Source: Oopsacas minuta (Eukaryota > Animalia > Porifera). From it: a stretch of 64,000 nt of DNA. Below the pieces are notes generated by a model. The model was not told the origin of the DNA, searched no databases, and saw nothing but the letters and a program-made list of their open reading frames with translations. Shown here in pieces: positions 25,661-38,794 of this stretch; within the stretch, counting starts at the first letter, position 1; every line of letters begins with the position of its first letter. Made by a program: the position numbers and the translations under genes. Where the stretch lies: NCBI GenBank assembly GCA_024704765.1, contig JAKMXF010000155.1, positions 1-64,000 of the forward strand, read 5' to 3'.

Positions 25661-25788
25661 TAATAAGTAAAGTATATATCTTTTACCTTCTCAAATCTGA
25701 ATCAAATCACAATTGGATTTTATCTAATCGTCAAATAACTGGATAATACTAAACTTCTATTGAGTATTTTGAGGTAATTATTCGTATA

Positions 25789-27096
25789 CAGGATGTTAAA
25801 TAAGTTCTCACCCAAAATTAAAATTTGACCATAATGTAAGATGTGTAAGTATTCGCTATTTTTAATGAATTATATCTTGAGTAGACCATTTATCTACCAT
25901 CATCTAACACCTTGATTGCATATTAGCCCACACAAGAGTTTTTTCACCATGAATCAGGAAAGATCAGAAATAATTGAATTATTTTTTAATGGAAAACGTC
26001 CAGGAGGAAATTTTGAAACAGCTACTATCCCTAAATCGGGAAGAAAAATCGTTTATCGCACTATCCAACGTTAGAATAAGACTGGGGGCATAAAAGATAT
26101 GCCAAGAAACGGTCGACCAAAGTCGGTAACAACTCCGAGGCTGAAAAAAGTTGTGATCGATAGAATACGGCGAAATCCTCGACGATCTCTCCGAAAAATG
26201 GCCTCTGAGCTCAAAGTTTCGCATGGATCGATGCAAAACCTTGTGAAAAACGACTTGCACCTCAAATCGTTTAAAAGAAGAACAGTTCACTTCCTTTCTG
26301 ACAAAATTGTGAAAAAGAGACTTGCCAGAAGCAAGGGCATGCTGACTCAGCTCGCAACTCAACCCCTGCAGAATATCATATTTTCTGACGAGAAATTATT
26401 CACCATAGAAGAAGTGACTAATAAGCAGAATGATCGAATATTAGCCCACACGCCTTCGAGCATCACAGAAAAGCATCTGTATGTCAAACGGACACAAAAA
26501 CCTCAGTCGGTAATGGTTTGGGCCGGAATCTCAGCAAAAGGCCGTACTCCATTGGTTTTTGTCCCAGTAGGGAAAAATAAATTCGTCAACATATCAAAAG
26601 TTGATTCTGGAGCCTGTGGTGAAAGATTTGAGCAAAACGATGTTTAACAAAGAGCCATTTCTATTCCAGCAAGACGGCGCACCGGCTCACACATCAAACA
26701 TCTCCCAAAATTGGTTACGATAAAACATTCCCGATTTCATTACCAAGGAGGAATGGCCTCCATCAAGCCCAGATTTGAATCCAATGGACTTCTCAATCTG
26801 GTCCATATTGGAGAAAAATGCCTGTGCAAAGTCACATTCAAGTGTGGAAGCTCTGAAGAAGTCTTTGCACCGTGAGTGGGAAAAGATTCCACAGGATAAC
26901 CTACGAGCCGCCGTTGAGGCGTTCCCCCAACGTTTGAAGAGGGTAGTCGAAAAGAAAGGCGGTTACATTGAGTAGCTACTATCGAATGTATTGATATAGT
27001 TACCTAATAGAACTGGAATAAATCTCAGTGAACATAGTTTGATATTTTTTGAATGATGAATTTTTATCAATGGGTCAGAACTTATTGGCCACCCTG
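25789..27096 (+). mobile_element. maT-like (DD37D) Tc1/mariner element, full length, defective
   Basis: Imperfect TIRs CAGGATGTTAAATAAGTTCTCACCCA / TGGGTCAGAACTTATTGGCCACCCTG with TA flanks. Motifs FSDEK, QQDGAPAH and SPDLNPMD with 37-residue spacing; frameshifts and an internal TAA. Confidence 0.9.
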
Positions 27097-27451
27097 TACT
27101 GTGTACATAGAATCATGCCGAAACTGACAACCTCGGTCAATACTTACTGTTTGTATTTTCCAAGCAAGTACGGCTTATGCCAGTTATTCTGTATCATGAA
27201 ATGCTCAAAAATGTTGATTTTGTAAGACATGATGACCTCATAAATCCATAATGATTTAGCATAGATCAAAGTGATGACGTTGAGACATTTGGTATAGTCA
27301 GTGGCAGATGTTCTTCAAACTTCAACTTTCTATCATGGAGGATAATAATGTGATTTTTGAAAATCCATAAAGTAACAATGACCTCATTCTTCTGTCATAG
27401 GTGTGAATCTTTGCCCAAGAATCAAGATTATCCGAGCCAGCCCAAAATACC

Positions 27452-27543
27452 TTGAAGAAACTGGAAAACCCCGGGCTGATTTTGGAGTTATATATATATA
27501 TATATGTATCCAAAATCAACCCGGGGTTTTCCAATTTCTTCAA
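27452..27543. repeat. Near-perfect 35-bp inverted repeat around a (TA)n loop
   Basis: TTGAAGAAACTGGAAAACCCCGGGCTGATTTTGGA versus the reverse complement of 27509-27543: 2 mismatches. A (CT)n(TA)n microsatellite follows at ~27565-27610. Confidence 0.9.
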
Positions 27544-27574
27544 TTATTTCCTAACATACAAACATATATATAGA

Positions 27575-27610
<36 letters not shown>

Positions 27611-28101
27611 CATACGATGGATTAATCACGTTTAAATATTATAGATAAAATTGTAACTATTGTGCACTCCTGTAATAACAATGTGATTCCATACTAGCAT
27701 AGCTTGGAAGTAATTGATTTTCTCAACGAAATGGAACCTAAGTCCCAAGCACTTGGTTATAGCTAGATTTACACTATTACGCAATATTTTTCGATGCCTG
27801 CCAACCTCCCATTTTTTGGGATCTCTTTCGTTCTTCCGCTAAGTCTCTCATATCTACCGCGTTGTAAAATATTCTTTTGAAGAAAATTTAGGTGAGTCTT
27901 GGATTATTTGCAAACTTGGATTATTTTGTAATGTGTGTAACAAATAGTTACGTACTAATTTATTCAATATCTATCCGAAAACTAGCCACTACTCAAATAA
28001 TTGTTATGGCTATAATTTGAAAAATTCCTACGCATCACATTAGTACTGGAGTTTGATTTCGATTATTAAACAAGGAATAATAACATTTACCAGTATTCAT
28101 A

Positions 28102-29424
28102 CAGGGTGTGTGAAAAGTTGGGCAACAAAATGTAAATGTAATTCTTATGCATGTAAAGCATATAACTAGACTAATATTTTGTTAAGAATATGCTGTTATG
28201 TCTAACTATCAAATACGAAAATATTTTGGCTCTATTTGTTTTCAAATCTATTCCCTCCAGCCTCAGACAATCTTTAAGTCTGGACGGAAATAATTTGCAG
28301 ACCCGAGCGAACTCACCCTGATCTAATTCACACCAAGTTATCTTTAACGCTCGTTTTTGTGCTGGGATACTGTTATGGGATCTATTGTTCACTAGTGTCT
28401 CTAGTATTCCCCACAAATCATAATCACAAGGGTTTAGGTCAGGACCTGAAGGGGGTCATTCGTCACGGTTCAAAACCCTGGGATCTTACTTGACAACCAA
28501 TCTTGAGATATTATAGCGGTATGAGCTGGTTCACCATCCTGTTGAAATAGCCATGTCTTGTTTTTCATGAAGGTCAAACCAATTGCTAAGACATGATTCT
28601 CCAGTAAGATCTTTGTATACCCGAGCATCAATTTTGTACCTTCGGGTATCAATACTAACGGAGTTTTCCCAAAACTGAAAATTCCTACCCAAACCATAAT
28701 ACTTTTGGGGTGTTGTGATTTCTGGACACTAAGTATTCTAAGATGTCATTACGTGTTAGGGAATATACCCGCGAATTTTGAGAGTTCCACTTCTCCTCAA
28801 TACATCAATACAGAAGATCTTTTCACTGAAAATAGAATTGAATCACTGTTGATATTTTTGAGTCGATCCAGCAGTCTATGACATCTTTAGATTCTCTTTT
28901 CAATTACCTGGCCATTAAGAGACTCTACTCTACTTCGTTTGAAACATTTCATACCTAAGTCTTTCTTGATTATTCGTCGAGCAGATTCCTTATCTATTCC
29001 CACCTTGCGGCGACCTTTCGGTGGAATATCGTGGGCCGACGAGTTAAATCTGAGCGCAACCTTGTTCTTGTTACCAGGAGTCCTAATTGTTCTTCGCCGA
29101 CCTGATCGTTGCATACCTACAATATCACCTGTCTCAATTTATCGTTTTATCGTGCGGGATATCAACGATGCTGAAAATTTCGGTGAACCAAGGGCTTTTG
29201 GAATTTGATTCTGCTTCTTCCCATTTAGAAATAAATGATTAATAGCAAACCTCTTCTGTTGTAGTTCAGATATACCAGACACAACAATAGACTAGAATTG
29301 AACTATCACAGTTATTGAATATATTATATAGCCTGCTCATAGTATGAATTTAACAGTAGTTGAATTATGGTTTGATACAAAAAATTGGTATACAAATTTG
29401 TTGCAGAACTTTTGAGGAACCCTG
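28102..29424 (-). mobile_element. maT-like Tc1/mariner element, full length, heavily degenerate
   Basis: Imperfect TIRs CAGGGTGTGTGAAAAGTT...GCAACAAAA / TTTTGTTGCAGAACTTTTGAGGAACCCTG with TA flanks. Fragments SGRRRTIRTP, MVWVGI, FQQDGEPAH and PDLNPCDYDLWGILE. Confidence 0.85.
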
Positions 29425-29430
29425 TAAATA

Positions 29431-29977
29431 CAGGTAAACCTCCCAAAAACACCTCCGAGATGCGGCAACTAGCCGAGATACGGGACAATCCCATTCCACC
29501 GGTTGATTTTCCTGTACAAATAGGACGTACTTCTTGAACTTCTGAGATAGGGAGATGCGACAACCTCCGGGATACGGCAATCATCTGATATCATGATAAA
29601 TCTTACAGAGTCATACCATTCATAAATAATTTTACAAATAGGAAGTTAAACTATCCACATTTATTATTCGATATTATCTAAATGTAGAAATTTAGGAAAC
29701 TAGAGGAGTCTGTCTGAGGACTGGAGGCCATAATATCATTTATTTTTTCTATATAAATCTTAGGTCCAAATAGATTATAGACGGTAGACACATGGAATTT
29801 CCGGGGCAAAACTTGCTCCTCGGGTAATCTGTTTTTAATAAGCATTAGTAATATTTATTATAGTTAAAATCTGATATTCCGGCCTTAAAATAGATATTAA
29901 GCCTGTATGATGGCAACTTTCGAGATATGGCACAAATTTTATTCTCCCGATAATACAGGATCTCAGAGGTTTACCTA
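29431..29977. mobile_element. pogo/Tigger-like non-autonomous element
   Basis: Ends CAGGTAAACCTC / GAGGTTTACCTA with TA flanks, and internal repeats of a CGAGATACGG-like motif. Confidence 0.55.
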
Positions 29978-31149
29978 TAGATAAATGTAAAATTGAATGT
30001 TTGTGCCCATAGAAATTAATAAATAAATTCTGCTAGAAACAAAATCATTTAAAGGATCGGTATAATACACTCGAAGCTCTCTTATCCTGATAGTTACGGA
30101 CCGGAGTGTGCCCGGATCTCAGAACTAACATTAGCACTAAGGGAAATCCAATTATACAGGACAAATATCGAGATTCATTTGAGTAACGAATCTAAATGAG
30201 GTTTTTTGAGTTTAGTAACAAGGAAACGTGTTCGATATGAAGCACAAATAACTGGTTGGCTGACACCTAAAAATGACATTTAAGAAACCATGAAGGTCGC
30301 AAAGTGCGATCCGAGAAAAGTACATGGAAGAAAAGGTGCATACTCAGAAATACCTGGATATACCCTTGAAATGGAGGTCATCTGTTAACTCCAACATTCG
30401 CTATCCCGAACAGAGTCGCTTTTCCTTGAGGATTAGAATTACGGGATGTTGATTTTGATATGTTGGCCATTATATGCAACAAAGTTGGCAATTGAGTCAA
30501 GTCACTTAGATATACGTATAGGATAATAGTGGGAAGCGGTAGATAATGATCACCCTTGGTAATTCCCAAAGGTAGACATAGAAGGTGACTGCTAGGTAAG
30601 ATGACCGTTAGATAGAGAAAGTTGGCAATTATAGAAAGTACTAGAGCCAGTAAGGGACCAAAAATGATGACCGCTGTCCGCTCTCTGCATGGGCACAGGG
30701 GGCTAGTATGGGGGAAGCGGCTCTTTCCCACAAATTTCGTAAAAGATACCATGTTAAATATTTAACGAGTGGTACACCAACGAAATTAAACATATTAAAG
30801 TTTTGATACTCCAGAGTTGCCATATTATTTATTCTTCACAATACTGTGGAGAGGCTGGATTATTTACAAGATTTAAACTGCTCGAACCGAATATCAGTAT
30901 TCGTTAATAACAGCATAACAGAATATTGGTAATATTCAGTGGACAAACTGAATACCAAATACATATTGTTGAACAATTCGGCTCCAACCTTGATTATACT
31001 TATGGCATTGAAAAAGTCCAAATCCTTTGTTTATAGCAGCGAAAATCTACTCGATTACATGAAAAGCATAGCATATCCTAATAGTCCTATCAATTATTTA
31101 TTTAATGCTGTTGAGCAATTCACTCTAGCTATTATATATCTTCATCTAA

Positions 31150-32245
31150 CTTACTTTCAATTTTACCTATTTTCGAGAGTCAACTTTTTCACGACTTCAA
31201 AACACATATCAACCAAAACCGAACAAGGAGCTTTCATAAAGATTCGCATCGTACTCGGCGACAAACTAGTCCAGATACATGAGAATCTCGTCACCGTTTA
31301 TCATGGGGAAACTCTAGCGTATCCCACTGTAAAGGAATGGGCACGTAAATTAAAGGCTGGTAGGGACAGCATTGAAACTGATACTCGGATCAGAAGACCA
31401 ATTTCCACTACGACTCATGAAATCGCCTCTCAAATTCTGGAAATATTGGATATTGACCCCCATTTGAGAGTTCAAGAAACAGGAAGGGCTCATACAATTC
31501 AACACAATTATCTCGAATATTGAAAGATTTCAGCGCGATGGATACCAAAAATTCACACAAAGTGCACAATGAGAAGAGGGTTGTATGTGCGAAAAATTAC
31601 TCAAAAAATATAGAAATTGTGATTCTCGAAGGTTATATGAAATCGTTAATCTGCGTAAAGTTCTCCATTGAGTATTTCTCATTTAGGCACAGGTATTTGA
31701 GCCACTGGCTAATACGCATCAAAAATATGCTGTAGAGAACCTTAACGTCTCGGAAGTCTGGACGTGGCTTTTCGGGGAGATAAAAATCTTTTGGGAACCA
31801 CGATTTGCTTTGTACCCACGCAGAGGTTCAGAAAATATAATCCAAATTTCGTCATCATTAAATGCCTGAGATAAGTCAAGAAAGTCTATAAAACACGACG
31901 TACACGTACAGGAACTCGAGGTATCAAACTTCCCCACGATAATGGCATAGCACATGTTTCAAAATAGGTTAGGGAAGTCTTTGAGGACATCGAGTTTGAA
32001 ACGATGGAACATCCTTCGTATTCCCCTGATTTATCACCTTCTGTGTGATTTCTGGCTATTTCCTGTGATGAAAAAACACCTCGGAGGGTGGCTATTTCAT
32101 ACCCTACAAGAGCTAGGAACGGGGTTTACCATTATCTCAATTCAGTGGACAGAGATGAATGTAAAACAACATTTTCGAAGTGGGTTGAAAGGCTACAACT
32201 ATGCATAGATGTAGAAGGGGAGTATTTCGAACATTTTATGTAGAA
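31150..32245 (+). mobile_element. Degenerate mariner remnant (no TIRs found)
   Basis: Fragments LAYPTVKEWARKLKAGRDSIETDTRIRRPIS, LLCDFWLFPVMKKHLGG and CIDVEGEYFE. Boundaries are approximate. Confidence 0.75.
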
Positions 32246-32341
32246 ATTTGATTAGTAAGTTGTTGTAGTGTCAAGATAGTAAAAGGATGGGGGCCTTTTG
32301 AAAGAAATAAGTATATAATAGGCAAGCTTTGCTTGTTTGCA

Positions 32342-33650
32342 CAACTCAGATTATTAACCTTAGTACAGCCAAATGGAATTCCCTCTGCCTGGAAGGAAGC
32401 TAGAATGACATGCCTCCACAAAGACAGTGATACAGCTGAGAAGTCCAGCTACAGACCAATCCCTGTGCTTCCAATATTATCCAATCTAATTGAAAGACAT
32501 GTTTATGATTCAGTTCTCTCATATCTCGATCCGTATAGCCTCATATCAATAAATCAATCAGTGTTTAACCAAAACACAACTGTGAAACTGGTCTTCACAA
32601 GGTTGCTAATGATTGTATGTTAGATTATGTAGTGATTAATGCGTTGGAATTGTTGCTCCATATTTAGTAGAGCGTTTGATTTAGTTTTGCAAGACTGAAG
32701 CTTTATTCCGTCTCGCCCATAAACGGAATGAACAGCTACCTGAATCATCGTACACAAAGAGTTGCCTACGGTAATCAGCTGTCGAAACCTAGCAAGGTCA
32801 AATTTGGGGTCACCCAGGGTTCAATCTTTGGCCCTCTACTCTCCAATACTTTTATTAATGACATTTTCTGTAACTGGTGCAAAATTATATTATCCGCACA
32901 GACGACTGTCAAATTTAAGATTTCAACACGAATTTTGGATAAGGATGTTAGCTGAGTTATCGAATGTGGTGTAATAATAATTTGATGATTAATTCAAGAA
33001 ATCTTGCTCCATTCTAGTGAGTTCAGTCGAGAATTTTGCTCACACCATTGTATGAATAAACTCTGCACATAGGTCAATGGAGATGTGTTACCTTATTTCT
33101 CTAGTCTTAAACTCTTAAGAATCATCGTCGATGAGAAATTACTCTGGTCCGAACATATTGGAGCTTTGCTCAGCGAAATTAGTTTAAGATTGAGAACACT
33201 ATATAGAATCAAGAAGTTTACCATTCTCAGCTAGGTTCACTTACTATTACTTATTCATTGATTCTCAATTAGATTTTTGTATTACGAGATACAGCTCTTG
33301 CGTACTTTAAACGCCTCACTATAAAGCAAAGGAAATGTGCTAGAGTTGTATTGGGTTATAATAAACTAAATCTCATTTCACCATACCGTTCTATCTCAAC
33401 AACCTGTTTATTCCCAGAATTCAGATGGTTTTCAATTCCTAAAGAAGTAATTACAGAAAATGCATATTTCATTATATAAGCATAAATGAGGTGACGCTCA
33501 TATCAATGAGAGTATGTTTTCTAAAACTAGAGACAAATAGAGTCATTCCATGACTACTAGGAATGAGTCAAATAAGAATATCACAATTAAGAATTACTTT
33601 ACTTATTCTTCAGCTAAAATATAGAATGAAAATCCATACTCCAATAAAAC
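32342..33650 (+). mobile_element. 5'-truncated non-LTR retrotransposon (L2/CR1-group-like RT), degenerate
   Basis: PSAWKEARMTCLHKD...SYRPIPVLPILSNLIE, GVTQGSIFGPLL..INDI, an ADD motif and IIVDEKLLWSEHI; multiple frameshifts. Confidence 0.8.
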
Positions 33651-35268
33651 TAGCTCATTTCTTACTAAAGTTCAATAGTTTATATCTCAACAAAGTTTTC
33701 TGTAATTGAATTGTATCTCAACAATGACCTAATAATTTCCAAATTCTTGTAAATACTATTTGTTGTTGTTGTATACACCTAAATTAGACTCTACACTTGT
33801 GACTACCTCGTGAACTTAATTACATTTCTGTTGTAATTGTACATTTTTCAGCCAGATATGAACAGTAACGATGTATCGCGGTTGGATGGGGCCTCCACAC
33901 CTCATGATTCGTCTATGGTTGCAGCCCCATAGCGAAATTGGCCCATTCGCAAATAGACTGGCCCTTTTGCCAATTAGTTAGAAATATATATCATGGATTA
34001 TTTGTATACATATATATCGGGCCCGTAGCAGAGAAAATGCAATTTTATCAATTTATCTACCTATATTATACAGGTAAATCTCTGAATGTGACACCTCTCA
34101 TGTGCACCACACCTTTTAACCCACCGATTTATTTTTGTATAGTATGCTACTTCTATTTTACATTGTATGGAATCTTGACTTAAATCGATACAAAATTACG
34201 TATATACCGCTTAAGTTTTAATAAGATCATCTAACAACAACATAGTCTACTATACATAAGGCCTGGCAGTAACTAGTAAATATGGGATTAGGGATACGAA
34301 AGCAGATGTAACAAAATTCCACGTAGTTTCTATCTTACAAAACTGATGCAATAATAATTCCTTTACTCTGAGTTACATGATACAAAATAGTTGCATGCAA
34401 AAATGCCGAAAGTTCAAGGCTCATGGGGGATATACCTCTACAAGTCAATTAGATAAATAGATCCCCTAACCATATGGAGTTTCGGCGCCCATGTATATTT
34501 ACCTTGAATGGAAAGATGCCATATTTCACATTATAGAAATGACATATTTTAATAACAATTTGAAGTTTACTAGTATATAATATATGTGTTCGGGAAAACA
34601 TGCACCATTTCTGGAATATGGAAGTTACATAGAATTTGTTACACCTGCTCACGTATCCTTAGTCTAACATATTCAAGTTAATTTCAGGCCTAATAGTCGG
34701 AAAAACTTGAGTTAGGGTATGCATTGGAGTCTATAGTCTGTTTTTGACAATTTTACGATAGTTTGACCCGTAGAGAACCCATTCCCTTTGCTGGCCCTTT
34801 GTCAGCATTGGACATTCTCAAAATTAGCTACTCTAATGTGCCACCTTTGGACATATTCTGAATATATTGACTGCAGGTAACTCCTTCAATTCAAAGCGGA
34901 TATCAACGAAAGATTTCACATCGTTTGAGAGGTCATTCGAATATGTTTAGGAAAATCATCGCTAGCACAGCAGGAAGGTGTTAACATTTCATTCTTAATA
35001 ATTTTCCTAATCCAATCGAGTGGCTCAATGTTCGAAACTGCTAGGCTAGCTGAGTATAAATATGCATCTATAGACGCTCTAAATGATCTCTAAACACTAT
35101 TTTTGCAACAACTACCTCCGCGGTCCCCCCCAATTTCCTCAATATTTCTTGCTTATTTAATATGGACACACTATGTTGGCAACTGTTTTGCGTATCTACA
35201 AACTGATTCATTCACCTAATTGTGTAGATCTCTTTAACTGGCCCAAATATGATACTAATGCAGATATA

Positions 35269-36568
35269 CCGAGTGTTCAATAAGTTCGAGTAAAATTATG
35301 CTTGCAGTACAGATAGATATAAAAATACTAATTCAAATGCTCGAAATACTCCCCATTAGCATCAATACACCTTTGACACAGTTCTAACCGCATGTCAAAT
35401 AGTCTTGAGTAGCGACTTTCTGGTATGAGGTCAATTGCATCCAAAAGTACGCGCTCAGCTCTGTTTCCGAATCAAAACGTCTACCTTTTAGATGGCGTTT
35501 TATAGTAGGAAACAACCAGAAGTCACAGGGGGCTAGATCTGGGCTATAGGGTGGATGATCGATCAATTCTAGCCCCGATTGTTTGATATAGTCCTTAGTT
35601 TGCGTGCAGTGTGAGCTGGAGCATTGTTATGGTGGAATTTCATTCCGCGAAGACCAGTCTTTGGACGCAACCTCTCGACAGCTTGGAACACTTACGGAAG
35701 ACAATTTTCAGTGTACCAAGTTGCAGTAACAGTGTGCTTCTCAGGAAGCATCACATATTCTATTATCCCTCTTGTAGAGAAGAAAACAGCAAACATTCGC
35801 TTGCCGACCGCCCTGGTTTGCTTAGGAATTGTGTCCGGTTGCTCGTCTTCAAAGATCCATTTTGAGCTCTGCTGCTTTGATTGAATGTCGTAATAATAGA
35901 TCCATATCTCGTCACCAGTTATGACTTCTGACCAGCGTCGCGAATCTTTTTTGGAATACTTTAGCAGCATAAAACGACAAAATTCTAGTCGATGATTTTT
36001 TTGCTCAAAATTTAATAAATGGGGACTAACTTAGAACAAACCCTCTTTATCCCAAGGTGTTGGTGTAAGATGGTTCCTATTGTCCCCGATGGGACCGAAA
36101 CCTCGAAAGCTAACTGTCTGACAGTGATTTGCCTATCCTCACTTACTAGCTTCGATACTTTGTCGATATTCTCCTCGATGACCGTCGTAATTGGACGTCC
36201 TGAACGTGACTCATCGTCAAGGGATATGTGGCCTAAACGAAATTGACGATACCACTTGTAGATGTTGGATTGGGTTGGACTTTGATCCCCAAAGATAGAA
36301 ACATCTCACAACTGAAATCCGCAACGTTTAGTCCACGTTTGAAATTGTAGAAAATGATGGTACGGAAATCTCTCTTATTCAAATTTTCCATAATATTAAA
36401 ATATTGAAAGTGAAGACTATAAAATTGGCTACAAAAAATCGAGTATAGTACCTTTAATCCTGAAATTTGGTTAGGAAGTATGGATTCACTAGGTATGTAT
36501 GTGGTTACGTTAAATTAGCTCCACTGTAAGCGCTCTGTATAGTTTACTCGAACTTGTTGAACACTCGG
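35269..36568 (-). mobile_element. Mariner (DD34D type) element, family C, full length, defective
   Basis: 26-bp TIRs CCGAGTGTTCAA(T/C)AAGTTCGAGTAAA with 1 mismatch; TA at 35267-35268 and 36569-36570. Motifs ITGDEIW, HHNNAPAH (D2 to N) and YSPDLAPCDFWLF. Confidence 0.92.
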
Positions 36569-36907
36569 TATTAGGATGAATGTGTATCGTATCCTACCTT
36601 ATGATATATTATTGAAAAATAACTTGTACTCATGAGGATTAACAATATTCTATACAGCATGAAGTTAATCGTCTCAAACGAATACTTGTGATAGTTTGAC
36701 ATAATCAAACTACTTCTTATTTTATGGAATATCGTTTATCCCAAAGACAACCAGTTATATTTCAGGATAAATCATATGATGCAAGTAATAAAGACAATTC
36801 AAATTAAAAATTTCCTCTGTATTTTGCGTAAGTATTTGGGTCAGTTATCGAGATTTACACGATTCGGTAATTGAATCAGTTTATGTAGTATTCACAAAAC
36901 AGACGAC

Positions 36908-38121
36908 AACCTTTCCACCCACTTGTAAACACATTTCTGTACTCTTCTTCAGGGATGGATTTGAAGTACTGGTACAGGCCCGTTCCGAGTGCTTGCAATG
37001 TGTCAAAATCTTTGCCATGAAGGTAGATTTTAAGCTTGGAGAATAGCCAAAAATCACACGGAGCTAGATCTGTTGAGTATGGTGGATGGTGAAGCAATTC
37101 TAACCCTTCTACATCCAAGAAATTTTCGGTAAGCTTAGTTGTATGGGAACTGGTGTTATCAATTAAAATCTGCATTCCTCGAGTTCCGGATTTCGGACGG
37201 TACTTTTCTATATTTTTGATCAAATTTGGAAGCACTTGCTCTGTAAAGAAAGTAGCAGTAACAGCCTTGCCACTCTCACAAAGTAATTGCAAGACAATTC
37301 CATGACTACTGAAGAAGATGGTGTACACAATCTTAGGTTTTCTGAAGTCGGGACTAGGAATTTTCGCCGGTTGTTGTCGCTCCTCACCCATGATCGCTTC
37401 TTATAATGCTATATGGTGTTGAATAGTATACCCACGTCTCGTTACCAGTAATAAGCTCTGCTAGGCGTCTAGAACCGCAGTCCTCATAGGTTTCCAAGAG
37501 TTTCATGGAAAAATTCAGTCGTGCCAACCTTTGATTCTCACAGAGCTTATGCAGGACCCATTTCCCACAAATCGATCGGTAGCCAAGCTCAGTCGTCAGA
37601 ATTGTATGAATAGCTCCGGATGAAATCTCCATACTTTGTCCTAACTGATTGACAGTAATGCACTTGTCTTCCATGACTATACTTTCAATGAGTGCGATAT
37701 TCTCTGAAGTGGTAGCGGATACCGGTCTTCCAGATCGACTCAAATCTGTGGCATCAGCATCACCAGATCTTAAACGGACAACCCATCGCTTTACAGTAGA
37801 TCTGGAAGGGCAATCCACGCACAATATCTCCTGGAACTCGCTGAAGATCTGTGCGGGCTGGATCTTGAGTATTGTGCGAAACTCTATGTAAGCTCGCCAT
37901 TTGAGGTTGAAATTATCATCCTTTGAAGCCATAAATTCAACAGTGGGTATAAGTTGACTACACGTAACTATCTCAAAAATTCATAATTTGTATTGAATAA
38001 GCTTGAAATTTTCAGTATATGGAGTTTAACTATATGGGCTTATAATATATGAAAGTTAGATATATTACCTGACTAATTCCTAAGATATATCATGACCCGC
38101 AAGACTTATCGAACGCCCTAA
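36908..38121 (-). mobile_element. Mariner family A copy 3, more diverged, missing the 3' TIR
   Basis: TIR ...GACTTATCGAACGCCCTAA plus TA at 38122-38123. ORFs 37384-37932 and 36876-37391 are homologous to copies 1 and 2; homology stops at ~36908. Confidence 0.92.
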
Positions 38122-38794
38122 TATGCGCATAACTAGACTCAGCTAGCCCAACAGCGTTCAACAAGGGGTCGCTAGATTGGATTTAGAAAATTGTTGAGAA
38201 TTGGATCTTGAAACATTCATGGGACATTCTTTCAGTGCTAGCGAAAAAGTCAGTGACATTCCGCACCTGAAATTGCATTTGCTACTAGAATTTCACCTAA
38301 AAATATATTTCAATGTAAAAATGGTACCGCACCTATGCCACCACACCCTTTACAATTCCACCGATATATTTTCCTAGAGTATGCTATCATACAGTTTACG
38401 TAATCTTGACTTAAATCGATGTACAATTATCTCATAGCCAGCGTAAGTATTAATATGATCATTACATAGAGGCGTATAGGTGGCTATGGTTGCACGATTG
38501 CACCGCATGAGATGTGCCACATTGAGAGATTTTGACTGTATACGTAAATGAAATGATCAGATTACATCTGTTTGCAACGGGATTAAGATGTATGTATATA
38601 CATAATCCATAAGATAAAATTTATAAATAATTCGCATATGCACAAAAAATGGGCAATTCGGAGATTGGGAGTTGTCTAGTTCATTTCGCGAGAGGCATTT
38701 CGCGAGGGAGCTTATTGAATGGAGACACTTGCGGAAATTTGTATTATCGCATAATCTTCAATCAAGGACAATCTTACAGTCATCTGCGGATAAT

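Noticed and set aside
34700-35000. Weak hAT dimerisation-domain-like text on the minus strand (GFST...KNRL)
   Set aside because: Too degenerate to support by eye.
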